Origin: Scyliorhinus canicula
Lineage: Eukaryota
DNA length: 64,000 nucleotides
Direction of reading: 5' to 3'
NCBI RefSeq assembly: GCF_902713615.1
Contig: NW_024055806.1
Span: forward strand, 186,001 to 250,000
Shown here: positions 36,908 through 49,930 of the stretch, in pieces
Layout: each line of letters begins with the position of its first letter
Numbering within the stretch: position 1 is the first letter of the stretch
The notes under the pieces: generated by a model
The model's database searches: none
What the model was told of the DNA's origin: nothing
The model's input: the letters and a program-made list of their open reading frames with translations, nothing else
Program-made: the position numbers and the translations under genes

Positions 36908-39888
36908 GAACATAGAACATAGAACTATACAGCGCAGTACAGGCCCTTCGGCCCTTGATGTTGCACCAACATGGAAAAAACTAAAGGCCATCTAACCTGC
37001 ACTATGCCCTTATCATCCATGTGCTTATCCAGTAAACTTTTAAATGCCCTCAATGTTGGCGAGTTCACTACTGTTGTAGGTAGGGCATTCCACGGCCTCA
37101 CCACTCTTTGCGTAACCCTCTGATCATTTTGTATGCCTCTATTAAGTCACCCCTTAACCTTCTTCTCTCTAACGAAAACAACCTCAAGTCCATCAGCCAT
37201 ACCAGGCAACATCCTTGTAAATCTCCTCTGCACCCGTTCCAAAGCTTCCACGTCCTTCCTATAATGAGGCGACCAGAACTGTACGCAATACTCCAAATGC
37301 GGCCATACTAGAGTTTTGTACAACTGCAACATGACCTCATGGCTCCGGAACTCAATCCCTCTACCAATAAAGGCCATCACACCATAGGCCTTCTTCATAA
37401 CCCTATCAACCTGGGTGGCAACTTTCAGGGATCTATGTACATGGACACCGAGATCCCTCTGCTCATCCACACTACCAAGAAATTTACCATTAGCCAAATA
37501 TTCCTCATTCCTGTTATTCTTTCCAAAGTGAATCACCTCACACTTCACCACATCAAACTCCATTTGCCACCTCTCAGCCCAGCTCTGCAGCTTATCTATG
37601 TCCCTCTGTAACCTGCAACATCCTTCCGCACTGTCTACAACTCCACCGACTTTAGTGTCGTCTGCAAATTTACTCACCCATCCTTCTGCGCCCTCCTCTA
37701 GGTCATTTATAAAAATGACAAACAGCAACGGCCCCAGAACAGATCCTTGTGGTACGCCACTCGTAACTGAACTCCATTCTGAACATTTCCCATCAACCAC
37801 CATTCTCTGTCTTCTTTCAACTAGCCAATTTCTGATCCACATCTCTAAATCACCCTCAATCTCCAGCCTCCGTATTTTCTGCAATAGCCGACCATGGGGA
37901 ACCTTATCAAACGCTTTACTGAAATCCATATACACCACATCAACTGCTCTACCCTCGTCCACCTGTTCAGTCACCTTCTCAAAGAACTCGATAAGGTTTG
38001 TGAGGCATGACCTACCCTTCACAAAACCATGCTGACTATCCCTAATCATATTATTCCTATCTAGATGATTATAAATCGTATCTTTTATAATCCTCTCCAA
38101 GACTTTACCCACCACAGACGTTAGGCTCACCGGCCTATAGTTACCAGGGTTATCTCTACTCCCCTTCTTGAACAAAGGGACCACATTTGCTATCCTCCAG
38201 TCCTCTGGCACTATTCCTGTAGCCAATGATGACCTAAAAATCAAAGCCAAGGGCTCACCAATCTCTTCCCTGGCTTCCCAGAGAATCCTAGGATAAATCC
38301 CACCAGGCCCCGGGGACTTATCTATTTTCACCTTGTCCAGAATTGCCAACACTTCTTCCCTACGCACCTCAATGCCATCTATTCTAATAGCCTGGGTCTC
38401 AGCATTCTCCTCCACAATATTATCTTTTTCCTGAGTGAATACTGACGAAAAGTATTCATTTAGTATCTCGCTTATCTCCTCAGCCTCCACACACAGCTTC
38501 CCACCACTGTCCTTGACTGGCCCTACTCCTACCCTAGTCATTCTTTTATTCCTGACATACCTATAGAAAGCTTTAGGGTTATCCTTGATCCTACCTGCCA
38601 AAGACTTCTCATGTCCTCGCTTGGCTCTTCTTAGCTCTCTCTTTAGATCCTTCCTCGCTTCCCTGTAACTATCAAGCGCCCCAACTGAAACTTCACGCCT
38701 CATCTTCACATAGGCCTCCTTTTTCCTCTTAACAAGAGATTCCACTTCTTTGGTAAACCACGGTTCCCTCGCTCTACACTTTCCTCCCTGTCTGACTGGT
38801 ACGTACTGATCAAGAACACGCAATAGCTGTTCCTTGAACAAGCTCCACATATGCAGTGTGCCCAACCCTTGCAGCCTACTTCTCCAACCTACACATCCTA
38901 AGTCATGTCTAATGGCATCATAATTGCCCTTCCCCCAGCTATAACTCTTGCCCTGCGGGGTATACTTATCCCTTTCCATCACTAATGTAAAGGTCACCGA
39001 ATTGTGGTCACTGTCTCCAAAGTGTTCACCTACCTCCAGATCTAACACCTGGCCTGGTTCATTACCCAAAAGCAAATCCAAAGTGGCCTCACCTTTTGTT
39101 GGCCTGTCAACATATTGTGTCAGAAAACCCTCCTGCACACATTGTACAAAGAACGACCCATCCAATGTACTCGAACTATATATTTTCCAGTCAATATTAG
39201 GAAAGTTAACGTCTCCCATAACAACTACCCTGTTACTTTCGCTCTTTTCCAGAATCATCTTCGCCATCCTTTCCTCTACATCTCTAGAACTATTAGGTGG
39301 CCTATAGAAAACTCCCAGCAGTGTGACCTCTCCTTTCCTGTTTCTAACCTCAGCCCATACTACCTCGGAAGAAGAGTCCCCAACTTGCATCCTTTCTGCC
39401 ACCGTAATACTGTCCTTGACTAGCAGCGCCACACCTCCCCCTCTTTTGCCCCCTTCTCTGATCTTACTAAAATACCTAAACCCCGGAACCTGCAACAACC
39501 ATTCCTGTCCCTGCTCTATCCATGTCTCTGAAATGGCCACAACATCGAAGTCCCAGGTACCAACCCATGCTGCCAGTTCCCCTACCTTATTTCGTATACT
39601 CCTGGCATTGAAATAGACACACTTCAAACCACCGACCTGAACACTGGCGCCCTCCTGCGAAGTCAAATCTGTGCTCCTGACCTCTCTACTCTCAATCACC
39701 CGTACCCCAAAACTACAATCCAAATTCCCATGCCCTTGCTGAATTAGTTTAAACCCCCCCCAAAGAGTACTAACAAATCTTCCCCCCTTAGGTTCAGATG
39801 TAGACCATCCTGTCTATAGAGGTCCCACCTTCCCCAGAAAGAGCCCCAGTTATCCAGAAATCTGAATCCCTCCCGCCTGCACCATCCC
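36908..39888 (-). mobile_element. 5'-truncated CR1-clade LINE (end of ORF1 SGNH-esterase region plus ORF2), with 3' deletions
   Basis: Minus-strand ORF1 remnant WCRREGFRFLDNWGSFWGRWDLYRQDGLHLN; (TTCTATG)n tail at ~36908. Confidence 0.92.
37147..39723 (-). CDS. CR1 ORF2p (APE plus RT), 858 aa open, C-terminus altered by deletion
   Basis: [47 protein letters not shown] and FADD motifs. Confidence 0.9.
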   Translation of the reverse strand: MDCSFGVRVIESREVRSTDLTSQEGASVQVGGLKCVYFNARSIRNKVGELAAWVGTWDFDVVAISETWIEQGQEWLLQVPGFRYFSKIREGGKRGGGVALLVKDSITVAERMQVGDSSSEVVWAEVRNRKGEVTLLGVFYRPPNSSRDVEERMAKMILEKSESNRVVVMGDVNFPNIDWKIYSSSTLDGSFFVQCVQEGFLTQYVDRPTKGEATLDLLLGNEPGQVLDLEVGEHFGDSDHNSVTFTLVMERDKYTPQGKSYSWGKGNYDAIRHDLGCVGWRSRLQGLGTLHMWSLFKEQLLRVLDQYVPVRQGGKCRAREPWFTKEVESLVKRKKEAYVKMRREVSVGALDSYREARKDLKRELRRAKRGHEKSLAGRIKDNPKAFYRYVRNKRMTRVGVGPVKDSGGKLCVEAEEISEILNEYFSSVFTQEKDNIVEENAETQAIRIDGIEVRREEVLAILDKVKIDKSPGPGGIYPRILWEAREEIGEPLALIFRSSLATGIVPEDWRIANVVPLFKKGSRDNPGNYRPVSLTSVVGKVLERIIKDTIYNHLDRNNMIRDSQHGFVKGRSCLTNLIEFFEKVTEQVDEGRAVDVVYMDFSKAFDKVPHGRLLQKIRRLEIEGDLEMWIRNWLVERRQRMVVDGKCSEWSSVTSGVPQGSVLGPLLFVIFINDLEEGAEGWVSKFADDTKVGGVVDSAEGCCRLQRDIDKLQSWAERWQMEFDVVKCEVIHFGKNNRNEEYLANGKFLGSVDEQRDLGVHVHRSLKVATQVDRVMKKAYGVMAFIGRGIEFRSHEVMLQLYKTLVWPHLEYCVQFWSPHYRKDVEALERVQRRFTRMLPGMADGLEVVFVREKKVKG

Positions 39889-40169
39889 GGTTGAATTCAC
39901 ATCTGACTTTCTGTGGCAGCAGACCTTGAACTGATTGGCCTGCTCGGCAATATCAGAGATAGTTAAGCGTCAACCACATCACTGCTGAACTAGTCACCTA
40001 TAGGCCAGACAGGGTAAGCAGGGAAGATTTCTTCTCCTGAAGGATATTGGTGAACCTGCTGGGCTTTGAGAAATTTCGCTAGCTTCATGAGTATTATGAA
40101 TGACGCAACAATTTTATTTCTGATTTATTAATTCATTCAATTGAAAGTCCCCCAGCTGCCATAAAACCA

Positions 40170-40350
40170 GCGGCTGGTTTAGCTCACTGGGCTAATTCGC
40201 TGCTTTTTAAAGCAGACCAAGCAGGCCAGCAGCATGGTTCGATTCCCGTACCAGTCTCCCCGGCCAGGTGTCGGAGTGTGGCGACTAGGGGCTTTTCACA
40301 TTAACCTCATTGAAGCCTAGTCGTGACAATAAGCAATTTTCATTTTCAAA
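40170..40350 (+). mobile_element. GGGGCTGGTTTAGCTCA-family tRNA SINE
   Basis: TGGTTTAGCTCACTGG A-box, GGTTCGATTCC B-box and CATTT tail. Confidence 0.8.
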
Positions 40351-41404
40351 CCATATGGTGTAGGAGCAGAAGGTGGCCATTCGGCCCATGGAATATGATC
40401 TGCCATTCAATGAGATCGTGGCTGATCTAATAAATCCTCAACTCCACTTTTCCGCCTTATCCCCATAATCCTTGATTCCCTGACTAATGAAAAATCTGTC
40501 TGTCACAGTCTTGGACATATTTATTGACCCGGCCTCTCCAATTCTCTGCACCATAGAATTACTCCCCTCTGAGAGACGAAATTCCTCTTCATCCACGTCT
40601 GAAATGAGCGACACCTTACTCTGAGATGGTACCCTACAGTCCCAGACTCTCCCACAAGCAGAAACAACCTCGAGCATCCACACTGTCAAGCTCCTTGAAA
40701 ATACTACATATCTCAGTAAGTTCGCCTCTCATTGTTCAAAACACCAATGCGTGTAGGTCTTCCCAATTTAGACTCTCCTCATGTCAGTCTCTGTGGTGAA
40801 ATTGGTCAACGTTTTTCGCTGCAAACCGAGAGGTTTGTGTTTCAAGACTTTCCACGGCCGGATTCCTCTCTATTTGATGACAGGCGCAGTAACGATGTGC
40901 CGAAGAACCTCTTTATGTGCTGTGAAATTCCAGCTACCAATTAAAATCCATCCACACCCGAGATTAACCTAATGAACCTTCTCTGGACTGCCTCCAAAAT
41001 ATCTATCCTGAGGGAAGGAGACCAAAACTGCTCACATCATTGCAATATGCCCTGGTGGAATTTGTATTCGAGTCTCTGGATTAATAGTTTATGCCTCCAG
41101 ATTACCAGTCCAGTAATATATTGCGAAGCACCCCTAGGACTGTAATATCACCACATCTAAAAGATGGAGCAACTGAAACATAAAATACTCCTGCATTGGA
41201 TCACATCTGGGTCATGGGCTCAGGTATCTGTTGTGAGAAGTGATATTGATTCCACTGAGACAAGACTGTTAACCTATCATGGTTTGCATGTTGACATTAC
41301 ATTCTGAAATATTGCTCAGTGTATCTAAAGTTCTTATTCTGGGTGCAGCCTTACATGGGTCAATTTAATTTTCAGAGGCTAGTCTTTTCTTCGTCTTGTG
41401 TCTT

Positions 41405-41635
41405 ATTCTTGTTATAAATTTAGAGTACCCAATTAATTTTTTCCAAATCAAGGGGCAATTTAGCGCAGCCAATCCACCTACCCTGTACATCTTCGGGTTT
41501 TGGGGGTGAAACCCACGCAGACACGGGGAGGATGTGCAAACTTCACGCAGTCAGGGACCGAGAGTCGGGATCGAACCTGGTACCTCGGCACCGTGAGGCA
41601 GCAGTGCGAACAACTGCATGACCATGCTGCCCCGT
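41405..41635 (-). mobile_element. V-SINE/HE1-like SINE
   Basis: Reverse complement of GGGCAGCATGGT...GGTTCGATCCCG plus the core. Confidence 0.75.
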
Positions 41636-41959
41636 CTTGTGTCTAATTCGGACACGATGGTAATGGTGAGCGGTAATTCCACTGGCTCCATATAAAATGT
41701 CAGTAATTCCAAAAATAGCATCTGAACACAAGCAAGGCAGAAACATATATACAACTGGGTCTTCACACTGCATGAGCTGCACGGTCACGTTGGTTGGAAG
41801 CTCGGATTGTTTTCCTTCGAACCGAGCAGTTTTTGGGAGGCGTGGTAAAAATGGTCAAAATTATGAATGGCTTTGTTTGATTAATTAGGAAGAAAGTTGA
41901 TTCACTGGCAGGAGGGTCAGAAATCAGAAGACACTAATTTATGAAATATTAATTTCCCC

Positions 41960-42330
41960 CTCATTATAAACCTATCAAATTGTAAAAGGACTGGACAGGG
42001 AAGATGCAGAAAGGATGTGTCCGATGGCGGGGAAGGTAGAACCAGGGGTCACAATCTAAGGATACGGGGTAAACCATTTAATACTGAGATGAGGAGTAAT
42101 ATCTTCACCCTGGGAGTTGTGAACTTGTTGAATTCTCTACCACAGAACGAAGTTGACTCCAAAGTATTGTATGTTTTCAAGGAGGAGTTAGATAAAGCTC
42201 TTGGGGATCAAAACTCTGAAGGGACCAAATGATATGGAGGAAAGTGGGAACAGGTTACTAAGGTGGATGATCAGCCATGATCATAATGAATAGCGGAGCA
42301 GGCTCGAAGGGCATAATGGTCTACTCCTGC
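41960..42330 (+). mobile_element. CR1 3'-end fragment
   Basis: AGAACCAGGGGTCACAATCTAAG...GATCAGCCATGATCAT...GGCTCGAAGGGC tail. Confidence 0.75.
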
Positions 42331-43546
42331 TCTACTTTCTCTGGCACTGTATTACATCAAATCTGTTTATTCTCATGTTAAATGAGACTCTGTCTTTATT
42401 TCTATTAAAGTAGCCCCTGTCCCTGTCTATACCACACTGTACTGTTTGTGCTGCACTCAATTAAGAATACGCTAGAACATACATAGGATTAGATCACATT
42501 AAGTTCCGCCTCTTCTATATTCCACACGAATTTGCATCTTCACATCACGCCAAGGCCTGTCTCTGTTGATATTAACCGGACCATGTTCCTGTTACCTGTC
42601 TCGATATTATAAATTATTGGGCATGTTTGCTTGTTTCTCCAAGTACAATCATCGTTGATTTTGAGATTATGTTAATTCATGTTAATATCTATAAGTAGTT
42701 GTATTAAATGTGTATTTGCTTTGCTATCATGTGGGCAATATTGAGTTGAATATTTTACCAACATCCCAGTAATGAATTGATCTTGTGAGACATGTCTACA
42801 TGTGAACACCGGTGCACTGCAATTCCCAAAATTTCATGGAAATCTCTGTTTTGTTCAAAATGATGAATTTACTCTTGTGTTATACTCTATCGAATGGAAA
42901 GTTTTTTTTCATGATGGTGATTATTTTCCTGCCTCGATTTATATTAACCGATCATCTGTGCACTGGCAGAGTTAGACAGAACCGTGTTCTCACAGTATCG
43001 CCACGATGGTAATGGTGGGCACCCATAGGAGAAATGTCCACCCAATCATAAAACACTCATCTGGTTAAGAAGAGCAACTAAAATCGTTGCAAAAGCGTAT
43101 TAGCCGTTAGTGTAGGTATGCATATGAAACATTTTTCTTAATTTTTGCAACTCCAAACGATCAAGGCGTATTGTTATCTTCAGAATTATTTGGTTGATTT
43201 TGCGATATCTTCATATGTCTCGGTCCTCAGCTCTGGTATTCATTCCCTACACCTCGTTACCTCAATTCCCTTATTAAAATCATCCCATAACCGGCCTCAT
43301 CAACCACATTTTTAATCATCTGGCCTAATAACTCTGTACACGTATATTATTCCAGACCTTGACCAGGAATGACTGCAATAGACCCTGCCTTAGTTTATAA
43401 TATTCTAGATACTGTATCAATAATCACTGCTTTAGATCCTATCTCATTTAAGTTAATGAAACTTTGTATCGGTAATCGCTGCACTAGAACATGTCTCGGT
43501 TTATGTTAATCTATACCCTGTATCAGTAATCACTGCACGGGATCCA

Positions 43547-43735
43547 GGGGCTGGTTTAGCTCACTGGGCTAAATCGCTAGCTTTTGAAGCAGACCAAGTA
43601 GGCCAGCAGCACGGTTCGATTCCCGTGCCAGCCTCCCCAGACAGGCGCCGGAATGTGGCGACTCGGGGCTTTTCACAGTAACTTCATTGAAGCCTACTCG
43701 TGATAATAAGCGATTTTCATTTCATTTCATTTCAA
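43547..43735 (+). mobile_element. GGGGCTGGTTTAGCTCA-family tRNA SINE
   Basis: Near-consensus head and (CATTT)n tail. Confidence 0.85.
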
Positions 43736-43774
43736 TCTCAATTTAGGTTAACCTACACCCTGTACCCCTGAAGG

Positions 43775-45095
43775 ATAGGATCTATTCACATTTGGAAGAA
43801 AATAGACTTATCAGTGACAGGTAGCATGGTTTTGTGCAGGGAAGGTCATGTCTTACAAACCTAATAGAATTCTTTGAGGAAGTGACAAAGTTAATTAATG
43901 AGGGAAGGGCTGTAGATGTCATATACAGGGACGTCAGTAAGGCGTTTGATAAAGTTTCCCATGGCAGGTTGATGGAAAAAGTGAAGTATGGTGTTCAGGG
44001 TGTACTAACTAGATGGATAAAGAACTGGCTGGGCAACAGGAGACAGAGAGCAGCGTTGGAAGGGAGTGTCTCAAAATGGAGAACGGTGACGAGTGGTGTT
44101 CCACAGGGATCCGTGCTCAGACCACTGTTGTTTTTGATACACATAAATGATCTGGACGAAGGTATAGGTGGTGATGAGCATGTTTGCAGATGATACTAAG
44201 ATTGGTGGAGTTGCAGATAGCGAGGAGGACTGTCAGAGAATACAGCAAAATATTGATAGATTGGAGAGTTGGGCAGAGAATTGGCAGATCGAGTTCAATC
44301 CAGGAAAATGCGAGGTGATGCATTTTGGAAGATCTAATTCAAGAGCGGACTATATGGTAAATGGAAGAGTCCTGGGGAAAATTGATGTACAGAGAGATCT
44401 GGGAGTTCAGGTCCATTGTACCCTGAATATGGCAACGCAGGTCAATAGAGTGGTCAAGAAGGCATACAGCATGCTTGCCTTCATCCGACGGGGTATTGAG
44501 TACAAGAGTCGGCAGGTCATGTTACAGTTGTATAGGACTTTGGTGAGGCCACAATTGGAATACTGCATGCAGTTCTGGTCGCCACATTACCAGAAGGGTG
44601 TGGACGCTTTAGAGAGGGTGCAGAGGAGGTTCACCGGGATGTTGCTTGGTATGGAGGGTACAAGCTATGAAGATAGGTTGAGTAGATTAGGATTGTTTTC
44701 GTTGGAAAGACGGAGGTTGAGGGGGGACCGGATTGAGGTCTACAAAATTATGAGAGGTATGGACAGGGTGAATAGCAACACGCTTTTTCCAAGAGTGGGG
44801 GTGTCAATTACAAGGGGTCACGATTTCAAGGTGAGAGGGGGAAAGTTTAAGGGAGATGTGCGTGGAAAGTTTTTTACGCAGAGGGTGCCTGGAATGCTTT
44901 GCCAGCGGAGGTGGTCGAGGCGGGCACTTTAGCATCATTTAAGATGCATCTGGACAGATATATGAACGGGCGGGGAACGGAGGGAAGTAGATCCTTGGAA
45001 AATAGGCGACAGGTTTAGATAAAGGATCCGGATCGGCGCAGGCTGGGAGGGCCGAAGGGCCTGTTCCTGTGCTGTAATTTTCTTTGTTCTTTGTA
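43775..45095 (+). mobile_element. CR1 LINE 3' ~1.3 kb with frameshifts
   Basis: [32 protein letters not shown] and YCMQFWSPHY motifs; GGCCGAAGGGCCTGTT tail. Confidence 0.9.
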
Positions 45096-45244
45096 TTAGT
45101 GATCATTGCTTTAGACTCTGTCATAGGGTCATGGAGTCTGAGAGTTTTACAGTATAGAAAGATGCCCTTCCACCGATCATTTCTGCGACGACAATCAAAC
45201 ACCTATCTATTCTAAGATTGTCCATAGATGGTCTTCCTACCATA

Positions 45245-47100
45245 AAATCATAAAACATAGGAGCAGAACCCGTCCTTTTAGTCCATCGAGTCTGCTCCAC
45301 ATTGAATCATGACTGTTATGTTTCTAATCCTCATTCTCCCGCCTTCTCCCCATAATCCCTGGTCCCGTAATTAATCAATAATCTGTCTGCCTCTATCTTA
45401 TAGACCCTCAGTGATTTGGCCTCCACAGCCTTCTGCGGGAATGAGTTCCACAGATTCAAGACCCCCTGGTTGAATAAAGTTATCCTCTTCTCAGTTGTGA
45501 AGGATTGTCCCTTAAATCTGAAGCTGTGCCCTCGGGTTCTCGTTTCACCTACTAGGCCTCTCACTATTCTGAAAGTTTCAATGTGACCCCACCCCCACAC
45601 ACCGCCCCGCGGCCCACTCCGCTCACGACGCCTCATCCTTCTAAACTCTATCCAGCACAGACCCAGAGTCCTCAACCGCTCCTCATATGACAAGTCCGTC
45701 ATTCCGAGGATCAGTCTTGTGAATCTCCTCTGGAGCTTCTCCAAGGCCAGCACGTTGTTTCTTAGATAAGGCGACCAAAACTGCTCACAATATTCCAAAT
45801 GGGGTCTGACCAGAGTCTTATAGAGCGTCAACAGTTACATCCCTGCTCTTGTAATCTAGCCCTCGCGACATGAATGCTAACATTGCATTTGTCTTCCCAG
45901 CTGCCAACTGAACTTGCATGTTAACCTTAAGAGAATCGTCAACTAGAATTCCTAAGTGCATTTGAGCTTCTGATTTCCTACGCCCTACTCCAATTAGAAA
46001 ATACTCTATGTTTCCTCCAAAATGCAGAACTTTACACTTTTCTACATTGTATTCCATCTTCCACTGCTTTGCACACTCTCTTAGCCTGACCAGGTCTTTC
46101 TGCAGCCTCTCTGCTTCCTCAGCACAATCTGTCCCTCTACGTATCTGAGCATCATCTGAAAACGTAGCATTAGTGCCCTCAGTTCAAAGGTAATAATAAA
46201 ATCTTTATTAGCTTTTACATTACATCAGCCTTTAAAGGCTTCCGTATCCTCTGGCATCCCAGTAATCTTCTCCACATTGCATCCTTTGCTTTTATGCTGT
46301 CCTTGACTTCCCTTGTCAACCATGGATGCTCTGTCCTCCCCTCAGCATGGTTTCTCCTCTTTGGGATTAATTTTTGCAGTGCCTCGCGAATAATCCCCAA
46401 AACGTCCTGCCACTGCTGTTCCACTGTCTCCCTGCTCGGCTCCCTGTCCAATCAAATCTGGCCAGCTCCTCCCTTTATCTTTGTAGTTACCTTTATTCAA
46501 TTGTAATACCGTTACATGTCATTACAGCTTCTACCTCCCAAACTGCAGGGTGAATTATATCATATTGTGGTCATTGCCCGTGAGTGTTCCTTCATCTTAA
46601 GTTCCCTACTCAAGTCTCATTATACATCACCAAATGCAGAACTACCTGTTCACGACTGGGATCTATCACAAGCTGCTCCAAAAAAAACATCTCGTCAGTA
46701 TTTCACAAAATTCCTTTTCTTGGGATCTGCTACCAAACTGACTTTCCCTGTCCTCCTCCATATTGAAGTCCCCCATGATTATTATAATATTTCCTCTCTT
46801 ATGTGCCTTTTCAATCTGCTGATTGATATTGTGCCCCACATTCTGACTACGGCTAGGGGGCTGTACGTACCTCTCATCAGGGTCTTTTTTCCTTTGAGAT
46901 TCGTCAACTCTGCCCACAGGGATTCTACACTTTCGGACACTAAATTGCTTCTTGCTATCGAGTTAATTTCATTCCTTACTCGCAATGCAACCCCGCCCCC
47001 TTTGTCCATGCATGCCAATTTCAATGTGTGCAATGAGTTCATTTACCTTGTTCCGTATACTGCCCACATTTAGGTACAATACCCTCCGTTCTGCGTTGAC
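45245..47100 (-). mobile_element. Degenerate, internally deleted CR1 LINE
   Basis: Minus ORFs with LVRPHLEYCEQFWSPY, PWLTREVKDSIK and IIMGDFNM motifs. Confidence 0.85.
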
Positions 47101-47439
47101 CATCCCTTCTCATCGTTGTCCCTTTTTCTGCTGTGCCTGAAGTTGCATACACACCTCTATCCATACTCCCTACTCTAGCACGTGTTCAGGAAACTTTACT
47201 AACCTCCCCTAAGCCCTCGGCCCGTTTCACTCGGTTAATGTCCTGATCATTACCCTGCACTCTCACCTTCTCTTTTAACTTTGGTTTTCTAATTTTTCAT
47301 ACAACCGACCGCCCTCCCCCCAATATTTCGTTTCAATGCATCACTTCTCAGCATTGAATTGTATCTGCCACCTCTCTACCTGTGAACATGAAAAAGCCAG
47401 TGACCTGTTGCAGCCTAGGCTGGACGCATCCTTGTTACA

Positions 47440-47905
47440 ACACCAGGGACGGCGGGACTGTCATATGAGGAGAGATTGACTACGTTAGGAATGTTCTCGA
47501 TGGAGTTCAGAAGAATGAGTGGGGATCTCATAGAGACTTATAAAATTCCCGCAGGACGAGACAGTGTAGATGCAGGGAAGATGTTCCCGATGATGGGTGT
47601 GTCCAGAACCAGGGGTCACTGCCTGAGGATTCAGAATTCATTTCGGACAGAGATAAGGAGACATTTCGTCACCCAAAGAGTGGTGAGCCTGTGGAATTTA
47701 TTAGCACAGGAAATAGTTGATTCTAAAACATTGAATATGTTCAAGAGGCGGCTAGATATAGCACTTGGGGAGAATGGGATCAAAGGCTGTGGGGAGAAAG
47801 CAGGATTAGGATATTGAGTTGGATGATCAGCCATGATCGTGACAAATGGCGGAGCAGGCTCGAAGGGCCAAAAGGCCTCCTCCTCCGAACTTCTATGTAT
47901 CTATG
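47440..47905 (+). mobile_element. CR1 3'-end fragment
   Basis: RRMSGDLIETYKI...RVVSLWN motif and CR1 tail. Confidence 0.8.
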
Positions 47906-49930
47906 TATGTAATCCTCTTCCCTGTTTACTACATTGTCAATTTGGGAGACACACGAAACAGTTCAATTGATATCCTGTGAACCCGAGCCCCGAGTCCTGT
48001 CTATTAATATATAACAGAAAAAGCAGTGCTGCTAATATTACCCACTGGAGAATAGCACTCTGTACCCCACCCAATCTGAAACAATTGTTAAGAACTGTCC
48101 CTTAGTCACTGTTGTGCACATTCTGCTCCTGCCCCTTTAACCACCTAAGCATCAATTTTCCCCACTTTTCATATATGACACAGACATTAAGATATTTGTC
48201 CCAGACCTTTCCATTCCTCGTGTCCCATCAGAATTCCAAGGACAGCTTCAGTAACGCTTTGCTTGTCTAAACTATTCCGTCTAATTCTCGCAGGCCAGGT
48301 ACAGTACGGGGTTGCATACAGAGCAAAGCTTCCTGCACACTGAACCAGCAAACACTCTCAGGCCAAATGCATCACAGGATCAGATAAAGACGAAAGCTTC
48401 CTGAAACCTGTCCCATTATACACTCCCAGGGCCCCAACAGTAAACATTTAGTTACTGAGTAAACTTCCCTTAACAATTTCTCCTCAAATACTCGAAGGAC
48501 AGGTACAGTACAGAGCAAAGCCCCCTCCACAACATCCGCCAACTAACATGTGAAGGACAGGTAAAACACATGTGAGGAACAGAGTAAATTTGCCGTACCA
48601 TCAGATACTTGCAGAGCAGGAAAAACGCAGGGTATGTGGAGAGTTAAATTCCTGATACTCCGTCCCATTAATCGGTATGAAACAGGAATTATCTGTGCAG
48701 GGGTTTGGTGTGAAAATGTCCACACACACGCACAAACACTCAGAAAAAAACGGACGTGTCTTAATGTATATAATCTCAACCGTGTAACGGTGAGTCTTGG
48801 GCCGACCCTGCAATCGACCCTGTCACGTTTTGAACGAATTTATACCCTGAATCAGTAATCACTGCATTAGACGTTATCTCAGTTTTCGTTAATCTAGATC
48901 CTCCATCAATAATTACGGTACTAGAATCTGTCTCACTTTATATTAATATCGACGCTCTATCAGCAATTAGTGCTCTAGAATCCTGTCTAAATTTACATTA
49001 CTGAAGACCCCCCCCCCCCCCCATTAGAAATCACTGCACTCGGCCTTGTCTCAGTTTATATTAATCTAGACCCTGTATCAGGAACTACTGTACTAGACCC
49101 TGTTTCAGTTTATGTCTAACTTAGGCTTTGTTGCATTACATAGACACATAGAAGTATAGAAGCATAAACAATAGGTGAAGGAGTAGGCCGTTCGGCCCCT
49201 TGAACTTGCTCTTCCATTCATTGTGATCGTGGCTGATCATCCAGACTCTGTAGACTCTTCTCGCTTTCCCTCCATATCCTATGATCCCTATAGCCACCAG
49301 AACCATATATAATTCCTTCCAGTAAACATAAAAAGTTGTGGCCTCAACTGTTTTGTGTGGTAGAGAATTCCACAGATTCACCGCTCTAAGTCAATACATT
49401 TCTCCACATCTATATCCTTAGACTGTGTCCCTGATTCTGGACTCCTCTCCATTAATCATTGCTGCACACCCTGTCTCCGTTATTATGAATATTTACCCTG
49501 TAACAGTAACCCCTGCATTAGAACCCTGCACCAGTTATTGTGAATCCCGGTCTTTTCAAAGTATCATAGAATCACGACAGTGCAGAAGGAGCCCAGTCGG
49601 CCCATCGAGTCTGCACCGGCCCTCCAAAACGGCACCCCACTGAGGACCACTCTTCCACCCTTTCTCCATAACCCCACCTAACCTTTGCATACTCAGGGGA
49701 AATCTTTTAGAATGGCCAATCCATCTAACCTGCGCATCTTTGGACTGTGGGAGGAAATTCTCGGTTTCCACTGCACTGCACTGTCTCCACTTGTATTAAT
49801 CGAGGCCCTGTTTTAGTCATTCCGGGACACCGCTGGCTCTGTTTATTTAATGTCAGTTTATGTACCTGTAAATGATGCGCTTCTCTCTGTTTTAGTTATT
49901 AATGTGCGGGACAATACCAATATTAATCGT